Shown here piece by piece: positions 40,171 to 49,012 of a stretch of DNA of 64,000 nt. A program made the position numbers and the translations under genes. Every line of letters starts with the position of its first letter. The stretch's first letter is position 1. Below the pieces are notes generated by a model, which saw only the letters and a program-made list of their open reading frames with translations, had not been told where the DNA came from and did not search any database. The stretch lies in the sequence record MW749003.1. The stretch is one strand, 5' to 3'.

Positions 40171-42126
40171 TCAAGCAATCGTTCCTGTAGAATCTCTCCA
40201 ATTTTTTCCATCATACCATAATGGTTTCTTTAGATTCTTATCATAAATCTGCATACCTATAAATAGATTTTTTGTTGGGCGATTACTTGTATCATATGAA
40301 TCATTATTTCTTCCTGAAATTATTAATTTAATTCCATTAACATTTGTGTAAAATAATTTTCTTGTCTGTAAATTAATGAGAAATTTACCTACTCCAAAAT
40401 CTTTTATTGTACTTCTACTAGTTTGTATGATCCATTTATAATTCACAAATTTCCAAACATCATTATTTCTAATATCATAAATAAGATTATTATTAACTGC
40501 AAAATATAAATCACTAAATGTTGTTTCATTTTGGGAATAACATGAGAATCCATATTGTTGTGCGCCTATAAATTTTTTAAGAAAATCCAATGATGTTAAC
40601 TCAATTTCTAAAATAGATTCCTCAAGTAGAGTTTTACTATTAAATAAAGATGTTAATGCCTGAATTTTATTTCCTTCACGTCTAATACTTATTTTAGTAC
40701 CATTCGGTATATCTTTCCATGCTCCAGTGGTATCATTGATATTCTTAAAGGCAAGTACCTTTTCATCTGATCTTCCATAATTATAAACTAATGCCCATTG
40801 GTAATTTACTCCATTAACTTGGACGTGTCCTTGGTCATTGTTTCTTACTCTTATTGCCGATATTGTATACTCTCTTCCACTAGAATCAGTTGTAAATGCA
40901 GCAATTAAACCAATAGTATCATCATCTCCATTAGTTGATGAGAGTACTGCTTCATGAACAAAGTTATCATATTTTTCATGACTAACAAAACCTATATATG
41001 TGCTAGAATTTATAGTACATTTAATACTATCACTAGCGTCACTATAACTCCATTTAGTGATTTCATCAGTAGACGCTGGCTGATCTTCTGATTTCTTAGA
41101 ATGAGAAAATCTTTGCCATTCATTGTATATTTCTTTAAAAGTAACTTCCTTTCCTTTAGCATCAATTAATTCTTGATCATTTTCAATAAAATTTCCTTCA
41201 TGTAATGTATAATCCAAGGCAACATCACTAGAGTTGTTAGATGAAATAAAATAAGATTGACCTTCTTTTCCAATAGGCTTATTTTCTAAATCATCCCAAG
41301 TTCTAGGATCTCCCTTTTCTCCTTTTTCACCTCGTTCGCCTTGTTCACCCTTTTCTCCTTGTTCACCTTTCTCTCCGGGAATTCCGTCCATTCCTGCTGG
41401 TCCTGGTTCTCCCCTTGGACCAGGATCACCTCTCTCACCTTTTTCACCCCTTTTTCCTTGCTCTCCTTTTTCACCTCGTTCGCCGTGTTCACCTTTCTCT
41501 CCTGTTTCTCCCTTCTCACCTTTCTCTCCCTGTTCCCCTTTTTCGCCTTTCTCTCCTCGCTCACCATCTTTTCCTTTCATATCAATTTCATCTCCATCTT
41601 TAAGGAATGTTATTCCTTCAGGACAGATTCTAATTTGATATGAATCGTTAGTAATATAGAAGCATTTATTGCTCTTATTATATATGAGAGAAAATTCATC
41701 AATAATATTTAAAATATTAAATTTATTGCTTTCTTCTCTGAGAGATTTGGTAAATTTATTATCGCTGATATCCCCATAAATATTATAGTTAAGATAGTAT
41801 GCTCTTTGAGGATCACCATCTAAAAATACAACAACAACATGTTCTCCTTTTTCTGGTATTATAAGTTGTTGATTTTTAATTAATGGCTTACATACAATCC
41901 CATTAATAGTTTTAACAGATGTTTTTGTTATATCATTTCCAATTATATTTGTATTCTTTATATTCTCATTTGCAATTAATATATTATCTTTTTCATTTAT
42001 ACTTATAAATAGTTTAGGTATATATACAATAATTGAGTTATCGTCATTACTTTCCATAACGATTCCATCAAAAACTCCTTCAAAATTTGCATTTGTTAAT
42101 AAGTTATTCTCAAATACATCTAGCAT
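40171..42126 (-). CDS. Gp5/VgrG OB-fold-like N-terminus + collagen-like segment + lectin-like domain (baseplate spike/fibre)
   Basis: PEKGEHVVVVFLDGDPQRAYY; 30 G-X-Y triplets; DDDTIGLIAAF. Confidence 0.7.
   Translation of the reverse strand: MLDVFENNLLTNANFEGVFDGIVMESNDDNSIIVYIPKLFISINEKDNILIANENIKNTNIIGNDITKTSVKTINGIVCKPLIKNQQLIIPEKGEHVVVVFLDGDPQRAYYLNYNIYGDISDNKFTKSLREESNKFNILNIIDEFSLIYNKSNKCFYITNDSYQIRICPEGITFLKDGDEIDMKGKDGERGEKGEKGEQGEKGEKGETGEKGEHGERGEKGEQGKRGEKGERGDPGPRGEPGPAGMDGIPGEKGEQGEKGEQGERGEKGEKGDPRTWDDLENKPIGKEGQSYFISSNNSSDVALDYTLHEGNFIENDQELIDAKGKEVTFKEIYNEWQRFSHSKKSEDQPASTDEITKWSYSDASDSIKCTINSSTYIGFVSHEKYDNFVHEAVLSSTNGDDDTIGLIAAFTTDSSGREYTISAIRVRNNDQGHVQVNGVNYQWALVYNYGRSDEKVLAFKNINDTTGAWKDIPNGTKISIRREGNKIQALTSLFNSKTLLEESILEIELTSLDFLKKFIGAQQYGFSCYSQNETTFSDLYFAVNNNLIYDIRNNDVWKFVNYKWIIQTSRSTIKDFGVGKFLINLQTRKLFYTNVNGIKLIISGRNNDSYDTSNRPTKNLFIGMQIYDKNLKKPLWYDGKNWRDSTGTIA
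41306..41577 (-). repeat. Collagen-like (G-X-Y)30 coding repeat
   Basis: GKD GER GEK ... GDP counted in translation. Confidence 0.9.
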
Positions 42127-42145
42127 TATTAAATTCCTCCTTCTC

Positions 42146-42157
42146 TAAGTAATTGTT
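42146..42157 (-). promoter_or_regulatory. Putative late promoter
   Basis: Minus strand AACA ATTACT TA ahead of the baseplate operon. Confidence 0.55.
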
Positions 42158-42175
42158 CAAAGTTTATTTAAAAAA

Positions 42176-42190
42176 TGAAATTTATATTAT
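42176..42190 (+). promoter_or_regulatory. Putative early promoter
   Basis: TGAAATTTATATTAT. Confidence 0.55.
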
Positions 42191-42230
42191 AATAAAGATA
42201 AAAATATAATAAATAAATGGAGGAAGAACA

Positions 42231-42866
42231 ATGATTTGTGTAATTGACAAGGTTGATAGTGAATGGAGTAAAAAAGCAAAATATGCAATCTTTCATTGTT
42301 TGAGAACTTTACAAAAAAATAAAATGATAGATTATCTTTATATGAAAAAGGTAGATTCTGTTATTTTAAGAAATAGAATGGATAATGAAAAAGAAACTTT
42401 ACAGGGATACTATGAATTTCATAAAAAAAGAATCACAATTATTCTGGATAGTAAATTTTTACTTACAGAAGGTGATATAATATATACATTCCTTCATGAA
42501 TTAGGGCATCATTTTTGTGGTGAACATACTTTCTTTAACCAAGATTACAACCCAAATAAAATGAATATAGAATATTGTGAAGAAGAATTAAAAGCTGATA
42601 GTTTGGCAAGAATATTATTAGTTAAGTTCTTTGATAGAAACATTTTTAAGGATATTATTGAAAATGTAGATAATAGAATAAGCTTCTTTAAAAGAAAGTA
42701 TAAATCGCTTAAGAACCCAAATATATGGAAAAAAGTTATATCAAATGATCCTTGGGTTTCTTTTACAATGAATTATAGTGTTAAGAAAGAAAATCCAACA
42801 TATAGTATTAGTTTTGACAATAGGAATATTAATCCAACTTCATTTTCAACGAGACTTATATCTTAA
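42231..42866 (+). CDS. HExxH zinc metallopeptidase-like protein (ImmA/IrrE-like)
   Basis: FLHELGHH and downstream EELKAD. Confidence 0.7.
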   Translation: MICVIDKVDSEWSKKAKYAIFHCLRTLQKNKMIDYLYMKKVDSVILRNRMDNEKETLQGYYEFHKKRITIILDSKFLLTEGDIIYTFLHELGHHFCGEHTFFNQDYNPNKMNIEYCEEELKADSLARILLVKFFDRNIFKDIIENVDNRISFFKRKYKSLKNPNIWKKVISNDPWVSFTMNYSVKKENPTYSISFDNRNINPTSFSTRLIS

Positions 42867-42878
42867 AGGAGAAGTATT

Positions 42879-43043
42879 ATGATTAGATTAACAAAAGGAA
42901 AGTTGCAAAAAGTAATCAATCATCATCCTAGTTGGACAATAAATGAAATAGCAGATGAACTAGATGTAAGTGAATCAACTATTAGGAGATGTATTAAGAG
43001 TTTTAATATCGATTATAAGAATAAGAGAAGAGGTAGTCTATGA
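42879..43043 (+). CDS. Small HTH protein (54 aa, not in ORF track)
   Basis: AAGGAG RBS; MIRLTKGKLQKVINHHPSWTINEIADELDVSESTIRRCIKSFNIDYKNKRRGSL; ATGA overlap with next gene. Confidence 0.75.
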   Translation: MIRLTKGKLQKVINHHPSWTINEIADELDVSESTIRRCIKSFNIDYKNKRRGSL

Positions 43044-43489
43044 CAGAAGAATATTCACATCATACTCTTTATCGGGAATCACATCTTTCATTTTCATTAC
43101 TTAAAGAGATTCTATCAGAAAATGATGAAACATTAGAACTAAAAGATGATAAAATACTCCTTTCAGGAATACCATTAAGAGATAATTATGATAAGATGCT
43201 CCTAGTATATAGTGACTCTTCTAAAAAGTTAAGAAGAAAAAATAAAAAGAAATATGACTATTTTAATGCCTTTAAAAATCAAGAACATAATGAATATATT
43301 ATTCACTTTCTAACCTTAGCAGATAATAATATTGATTGTATCGAAATTGAAGAGATGAATGATAAATTTTCAGTAAAATTTAAAAATATTGATAACAAGG
43401 TATTGAAAGAAAGGGTATCTGAATGTAATATAAATGATAAAAATAAAATAATAATGGATATGTTACTTAAATATTATAATATTATCTAA
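43040..43489 (+). CDS. Hypothetical protein
   Basis: 149-aa ORF coupled to upstream gene. Confidence 0.6.
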   Translation: MTEEYSHHTLYRESHLSFSLLKEILSENDETLELKDDKILLSGIPLRDNYDKMLLVYSDSSKKLRRKNKKKYDYFNAFKNQEHNEYIIHFLTLADNNIDCIEIEEMNDKFSVKFKNIDNKVLKERVSECNINDKNKIIMDMLLKYYNII

Positions 43490-43518
43490 GATTAGATAGA
43501 GAGAAGAGGAGAGACAAA

Positions 43519-46062
43519 TTGGCTGATATAACTCTTACGGATAAACAGAATAAAGCTAAAAATGAATGTCTTGATTGGTACTTTGGTAGGGAGACCAACG
43601 GTAAAGATCCAGACAGAATATTCACTATTGCAGGATTAGCAGGTACAGGAAAATCAACATTAGTTAAATTTATAATTGAAGAGATAGGTTTAGATGTTGA
43701 TGAGGTAGTATTTATTGCATATACAGGAATGGCGGCAAATGTTCTAACACGAAAGGGAAATGTAGGCGCTAGCACTATTCACAAATTTATCTATCATGCT
43801 ATTCCTGTTAAAGATCCAGAAACAGGTGAAATCCTTAAATTTATATTCAGGTTAAAAGAAAAAGATGAAATGGATGATAAAATTAAATTAGTTGTAATTG
43901 ATGAAGTATCAATGGTAGATACAGGAATGCTTAACGAAGTACACTCTTTTGGTATTAGGACAATGGCTCTTGGAGACCCAGGTTATAAATTGGCTTGGGT
44001 ATAAAACTTCTTTAATTGCTGGAATACCCTTAGAGCTTTTTAAACTACAGCATAATTGGAAACAATAAGTGCGATAGTTTTAAAAATTAAAAAGATTGGG
44101 CGATCAGCAGCTAATCTCCTTAACATTAGAAAAGGCGTATCTCCTAACTATTTAAATATATATTATAATGTTAGGAGAGGAGAATTAAAATGCCAAAAAA
44201 GAAAACATTAGAAGAATTTAAGATTGATGTTCTTAATAAATTAGGAAAAGAATATGAAGTTACTGGTGATTATGTTAATAATAAAACAAAAATAGAGATG
44301 AAACATTCTTGTGGTTATATCTATTATTCACGCCCTCATGATATCTTGGTCAAAGGTAATGGTTGTCCTAAATGCAATGGCGGCGTTCCAAAAAATCTAG
44401 ATGATTTATTAAAAGAGATCCCATTAGGCTATAAATATTTATCTGGATTTGAAGGATATAAGAAAAAAGCTAGATTTATTCATACTGAATGTAATTTTAA
44501 GTTTGAAATGGAACCATCTAAACTAATTTTAGGAAGAAGATGTCCTAGATGTGGTGGAACCAAGAAAAAAACACATGATGAATTTATAAAAGAAATAGAA
44601 AAGTTTAATGATTCTCATGAGTATGAATTTACTGAAAGTTATATTAATGATAGAACTAAAATAGGTATAATTCATAAAGAATGTAATCATGAATATAAAG
44701 TAACTCCATCTCACTTTTTAAGAGGAAGAAGATGTCCAATGTGTTCTAAAATAAATTCTAAAGGCATTAGAATAATTAAAGAATTTTTAAATTCTAATAG
44801 CATAACTTATATTCAGGAATATCAAAATCCTTTATTTATTGCTAAGAACAATCGTCCTTATAGATTTGATTTATATTTACCTGAATATGAATTGATAATA
44901 GAATTTGATGGAGAACAACATTTTTCTAGTAAAAATTTTGGGTATGAGGCATTTATACAATGCAAGAAAAATGACATAATAAAAAACCAGTGGATCAAAA
45001 ACAATGATTTATCTTTATTAAGAATTAATTTTAATCATCAATCTAATTTATCAATTATTCTAAAATCTCTTTTTCTAGATGAAGGAGAAAGTTCAGAGAC
45101 TATCGAAAAATATGGATTATATTATATTTCTCACGATTCTTATATAATGAATGAAGAGGAATATTACTCCATAATTGAGTAGAGTACTCTACAAGCGATT
45201 GGTAGGGGAAACGGGAAGCACAGAAGATATAGTCCGATCTTTATCGAAAGATAAAGCAGTTCTTAATGAACGGTATGAATTTAGCGAATTCATATGAACA
45301 TAATAGCAATTACCACCTGTAGGTAATAAAGGCAATACTCTATTACAAAATCCAGATGTTTTTCTTGATGAGATTATGAGACAAGCATTAGATAACCCAA
45401 TTATTTATTTATCAATGTTGGCAAGGGAGGGAAAATTTATATCATATGGAACTCATGGAGATAGGGTACAGGTAATTAGAAGGCATGAGTTATATAAAGA
45501 CATGTTTTTAGGTGCAGATCAAATAATTGCTGGTTATAATAAGACTGTACAAAGTATTAATGCTTATCATAGACGATTTATATTGGGAATAGAAAATCCA
45601 TTTCCTGTAGAGGGAGATAAGATTATTTGTGGAAAAAATCAATGGGAACACACTATTTATGAAGATAATTTAGAAGTTTCATTAGTAAATGGTCTTATAG
45701 GTAGAATAGAATCTATTGAAAATCAAAAAAGATCTGCTACATATAAGATAAGTTTTAGACCAGAATTCTTTAAAGAAGAAAAATTCCCTAAATTATATAT
45801 GAATAAAATTCCTTTTATGAATGAAAAGGTAAGGGACTCATTTGATGAAAAATCTCTTTATGTATTTAGAAAGAAAATTATTGAAACTTACGGTATTAGT
45901 GAGTTTAAATTTGGTTATGCTATTAGTTGTCATAAAAGCCAAGGTTCTGAATTTGATAATGTACTATTGTTTGAAGAAAAATTACCTAATAGAAAGTTTC
46001 ATAAAAATTGGCTATATACAGGAATTACTAGGGCAAAAGAAAAATTAATTTTAGTTAAATAG
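43519..46062 (+). CDS. RecD/Dda-like SF1B helicase, spliced join(43519..43983, 45307..46062), 406 aa
   Basis: GLAGTGKS, STIHKF, IDEVSM, spliced LGDPG-QLPPV, MRQA, YAISCHKSQGSEF, YTGITRAK. Confidence 0.9.
44151..44166 (+). promoter_or_regulatory. Early-type promoter internal to intron, upstream of endonuclease
   Basis: TTTAAATATATATTAT, identical to the copy at 285-300. Confidence 0.6.
44190..45182 (+). CDS. Intron-encoded homing endonuclease (Zn-ribbon repeats + Vsr/EDxHD-like domain)
   Basis: Three CPxC repeats; YRFDLYLPEYELIIEFDGEQH..NDIIKN..LLRI; C-terminus overlaps intron core. Confidence 0.85.
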   Translation: MPKKKTLEEFKIDVLNKLGKEYEVTGDYVNNKTKIEMKHSCGYIYYSRPHDILVKGNGCPKCNGGVPKNLDDLLKEIPLGYKYLSGFEGYKKKARFIHTECNFKFEMEPSKLILGRRCPRCGGTKKKTHDEFIKEIEKFNDSHEYEFTESYINDRTKIGIIHKECNHEYKVTPSHFLRGRRCPMCSKINSKGIRIIKEFLNSNSITYIQEYQNPLFIAKNNRPYRFDLYLPEYELIIEFDGEQHFSSKNFGYEAFIQCKKNDIIKNQWIKNNDLSLLRINFNHQSNLSIILKSLFLDEGESSETIEKYGLYYISHDSYIMNEEEYYSIIE

Positions 46063-46075
46063 GGGAGAATCTATA

Positions 46076-46810
46076 ATGACTAATTGGGTGATCAGTGATC
46101 CACATTTTGGACACAAAGGTATTTTAAAATATGAGGAAATTAGAGATTTCAATAATACTGATGAAATGGATGAAGCTATTATCAAAAATTTCAATGATAC
46201 TGTATCTGAAGGTGATACAGTATTTTGGCTTGGGGATATGTTCTTCTGTAAAACAGAAAGAATGAAATATATTGTAGATAAACTTAAGAAGACTAGAAAT
46301 ATTCTTGTTCTTGGTAATCATGATAATGGTGTTTCAAAAACTAAATTTAAACGTTTTGGATTTATGCCTTATAGAATGTATCAATATAAAGATCTTATTC
46401 TTACTCATAAACCACTCAGTGAAGTTAATCTTAGGATTCTTTCTGATTACGGTATTACTAAAAATATCCATGGATATGTTCATAGTAATATTGAAGGTAT
46501 GAATCAAGATAAATATAAATGTGTAAGTATTGAATGTACGGATCTGAAGCCAATTAATATTGATAGTCTATCTAGTATTAATCCATTCTTTGAATATAAT
46601 ATTAAATTTAATGTCACTAATGCATTTGGAATGATTTGTCTTCCACTTTACAAAATACCTTCTGAAAAAGAATTAAGTATTGATGAAGTTAAAGAAATGG
46701 CAATAAATCTTCTTAATAAACAAGAGAATGACTATGTTATTAATGAGATTAAGATTACGAAGAAAGTACTATTAGATACTGAAATTACTCTACTAAGAGG
46801 AGCTAGATAA
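46076..46810 (+). CDS. Calcineurin-like metallophosphoesterase
   Basis: SDPHFGH, LGD, GNHD, THKP, NIHGYVH. Confidence 0.82.
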   Translation: MTNWVISDPHFGHKGILKYEEIRDFNNTDEMDEAIIKNFNDTVSEGDTVFWLGDMFFCKTERMKYIVDKLKKTRNILVLGNHDNGVSKTKFKRFGFMPYRMYQYKDLILTHKPLSEVNLRILSDYGITKNIHGYVHSNIEGMNQDKYKCVSIECTDLKPINIDSLSSINPFFEYNIKFNVTNAFGMICLPLYKIPSEKELSIDEVKEMAINLLNKQENDYVINEIKITKKVLLDTEITLLRGAR

Positions 46811-46833
46811 ACATGTATATCTTAAAATAGGTT

Positions 46834-46867
46834 AAATAACTCTCTTCAAATTTGAAGAGAGTTATTT
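46834..46867. terminator. Bidirectional terminator (34-bp perfect palindrome)
   Basis: AAATAACTCTCTTCAAA / TTTGAAGAGAGTTATTT between convergent genes. Confidence 0.85.
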
Positions 46868-46870
46868 TTT

Positions 46871-47524
46871 TTAACGTTTAAATACATGATGACCAATAAC
46901 TGTAACAGTTGGTCTATTATCTAACCATCTACTTGTTGCTGTTGAAGGATTATAAAAATAAAGTGAACCTTGTCCGTTTCCTCCAATATTAAATGCTTCA
47001 TTTACTGCTCTTACAGACTCGGAATCAGCTGACTTGTAAATAGAACCATTTGAAACTGGAGAAAATTGACCACTTTCATAAATAACTCCTTGAATAGAAT
47101 TCGGGAATTGATCATTATTTACACGATTTAAAACGACTTTAGCAACTTCTACTTTACCAGCATAAGGTTCACTTTCAGCTTCTGCTCTAACTAATCTAGC
47201 TAATAATTCTTTATCACTAGAAGGTGCTTTAACTGTTGATGAAGTAGTTTGCTTTGATTGTTCAGTATTTTTAACTGTAGGTTTAGAAACAGATTCACCT
47301 TTAGCTGGGATAATAATATTTTGACCAATCAAAATTAAATCATCCCATTTATTATTTGCTTTTCTTAGTTCATAAAGTGTGATACCATTTGTTTGACTAA
47401 TTCCCCAAAGCGTTTCTCCTTTTTGAACTGTATGATTTGTAGCCGCATATGCTTTATTTGCCAATAATACGGGGATGGCTAATAAGAATGCTAAAACTAT
47501 TAAAGCCTTCTTCATGTATATCAT
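46871..47524 (-). CDS. Secreted LysM + SleB/CwlJ-type (Hydrolase_2) cell wall hydrolase
   Basis: Signal peptide (AYA); HTVQKGETLWGIS LysM; LLARLVRAEAESEP..GK..VA.VVLNRV; QFSPV; IGHHVF. Confidence 0.9.
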   Translation of the reverse strand: MIYMKKALIVLAFLLAIPVLLANKAYAATNHTVQKGETLWGISQTNGITLYELRKANNKWDDLILIGQNIIIPAKGESVSKPTVKNTEQSKQTTSSTVKAPSSDKELLARLVRAEAESEPYAGKVEVAKVVLNRVNNDQFPNSIQGVIYESGQFSPVSNGSIYKSADSESVRAVNEAFNIGGNGQGSLYFYNPSTATSRWLDNRPTVTVIGHHVFKR

Positions 47525-47550
47525 CTCCTTAATTATTATGATATTTTGTT

Positions 47551-47562
47551 TAATTCAATGTT
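47551..47562 (-). promoter_or_regulatory. Putative late promoter
   Basis: Minus strand AACA TTGAAT TA. Confidence 0.5.
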
Positions 47563-47611
47563 ATAAAAACTATTCATTTTATATGGATCTTAGAAATTTT
47601 TAAGAAGGGAT

Positions 47612-47782
47612 ATGAAGAAATTGAATTACTTTTCAAATAGAAATATTGATGATATTATAAATGAAAACAACACAAGTAAAAAAATATTTTTAAGTGATAA
47701 AGAAAAGATATTAATGAAAGCAGGGAAAAATCCTGTAAAAATTAATTATAGAAAAATTAAGAAGAAAAAAAGAAAAGGTTAA
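47612..47782 (+). CDS. Small basic hypothetical protein (56 aa, not in ORF track)
   Basis: AAGGGA RBS, MKKLNYFSNR...KKKKRKG; fills the intergenic gap. Confidence 0.4.
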   Translation: MKKLNYFSNRNIDDIINENNTSKKIFLSDKEKILMKAGKNPVKINYRKIKKKKRKG

Positions 47783-47820
47783 CAGTAAATTAAGATATAA
47801 AATTATAAGGAGAAAACATT

Positions 47821-48543
47821 ATGCTTAATTTTATTGGTACTGGAAGTGCATTTAATACTAAACTTGGAAATAATTCTGCTTTTATTAAAAAGGACAAAAC
47901 CTTATTTCTAATTGATTGTGGTAGTACAACATTTAGTCGAATGCAAGAAGCTAAATTATTAGATGATGTTGAAAAGATAGCTGTACTCTTAACTCATACG
48001 CATCCTGATCATGTAGGTTCTCTGGGCGACTTAATCTTATATGGTTACTATTCAATGGGAAAATTAGGAGAACCAAATGTTACTGTTTATACCCCTAATC
48101 TCTTAAGAATTGAGAACCTACTTTGGTCACAGGGAGTTTCAACAAAAACATATAATTTAGTTCAATTTTTTGATAAACGTTTTATAAGATTCGGTGCTCA
48201 AGAAATAGGTTTAATTGCATTAGAAGTTGAACATGTTTTAGAATTGAATTGCTTTAGTTATATTATCAACTATGATGATAAAACAATATATTACAGTGGA
48301 GATTCAAATGAAATTCCCGCTCAGATCATTAAAATGCTAGAGAATGGTAAGATTGATATATTCTATCAAGATACATGTAAGGCAGATTATTCTGGAAATG
48401 TTCACCTATCATTAAAGAAATTAGAATCACTTATAAAACCAGAATATAGAGATAAAGTGTATTGTATGCATCTTGATAACGATTTTATTGAAGAAGAAGC
48501 ATGGGATTTAGGTTTTAAGGTAGTTGAATCGATAATTAATTAG
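47821..48543 (+). CDS. MBL-fold metallo-hydrolase, Apyc1-like
   Basis: GTGSAF..NNSA, LIDCG, THTHPDH, EHV, YSGD, VHLSL..L, CMH. Confidence 0.8.
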   Translation: MLNFIGTGSAFNTKLGNNSAFIKKDKTLFLIDCGSTTFSRMQEAKLLDDVEKIAVLLTHTHPDHVGSLGDLILYGYYSMGKLGEPNVTVYTPNLLRIENLLWSQGVSTKTYNLVQFFDKRFIRFGAQEIGLIALEVEHVLELNCFSYIINYDDKTIYYSGDSNEIPAQIIKMLENGKIDIFYQDTCKADYSGNVHLSLKKLESLIKPEYRDKVYCMHLDNDFIEEEAWDLGFKVVESIIN

Positions 48544-48555
48544 GAGGAATATATT

Positions 48556-48819
48556 ATGACAGTAGATGCAATTAATAAATATATTAAACCATATCTTGCA
48601 GAAAATATTGAAAAGGATGCAGTATTCCATATTCAAACGACTAGTGTAAACTATTTTTATACATCACGAATGGAAGATATTCAATTTGATGATACAACTG
48701 AAATTATGTCATTTAGAGATGTTGATAGTCGAGTGCTTTTTCACATAGATTATAGTGATATTAATATTGTTGCTAGAAAAGATAAAGCAAATGATTTTAA
48801 CTTAGCAATTTATTCATAA
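48556..48819 (+). CDS. Hypothetical protein
   Basis: 87-aa ORF, AGGAGG RBS. Confidence 0.6.
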   Translation: MTVDAINKYIKPYLAENIEKDAVFHIQTTSVNYFYTSRMEDIQFDDTTEIMSFRDVDSRVLFHIDYSDINIVARKDKANDFNLAIYS

Positions 48820-48823
48820 TTAT

Positions 48824-48851
48824 AATACCATAAGGGAAACCTTATGGTATT
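48824..48851 (+). terminator. Intrinsic terminator
   Basis: AATACCATAAGG-GAAA-CCTTATGGTATT. Confidence 0.8.
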
Positions 48852-48911
48852 ATTTATTTAACTAAAATTGAAAATGAATAACAAAAATATGATTGAAATT
48901 TGACCTATTTT

Positions 48912-48926
48912 ATAAATTTATATTAT
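48912..48926 (+). promoter_or_regulatory. Putative early promoter
   Basis: ATAAATTTATATTAT upstream of gyrB. Confidence 0.55.
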
Positions 48927-49012
48927 TATATAGATTAAAATATTTAAAATAGGAGATGAAAAATGGTTAAAATTTTTGTTCCAATAGTTGAAAATAAATA
49001 AACTTATATTAG

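Larger units (their letters stand above)
43984..45306 (+). mobile_element. Group I intron (1323 nt) with endonuclease ORF in the P6 extension
   Basis: P1 ACCCAGGU/GCUUGGGU; P10 AAUUG/CAAUU; core GATCAGCAG, GTTCAGAGACTA, AAGATATAGTCC; terminal G at 45306. Confidence 0.92.

Noticed and set aside
41286-41643. Three overlapping ORFs in the track
   Set aside because: Alternate-frame and antisense by-products of the purine-rich collagen repeat
48963-49001. 12-codon ORF with strong RBS ahead of gyrB (leader peptide?)
   Set aside because: No attenuator structure or distinctive codon run; cannot be told apart from a decayed gene or chance
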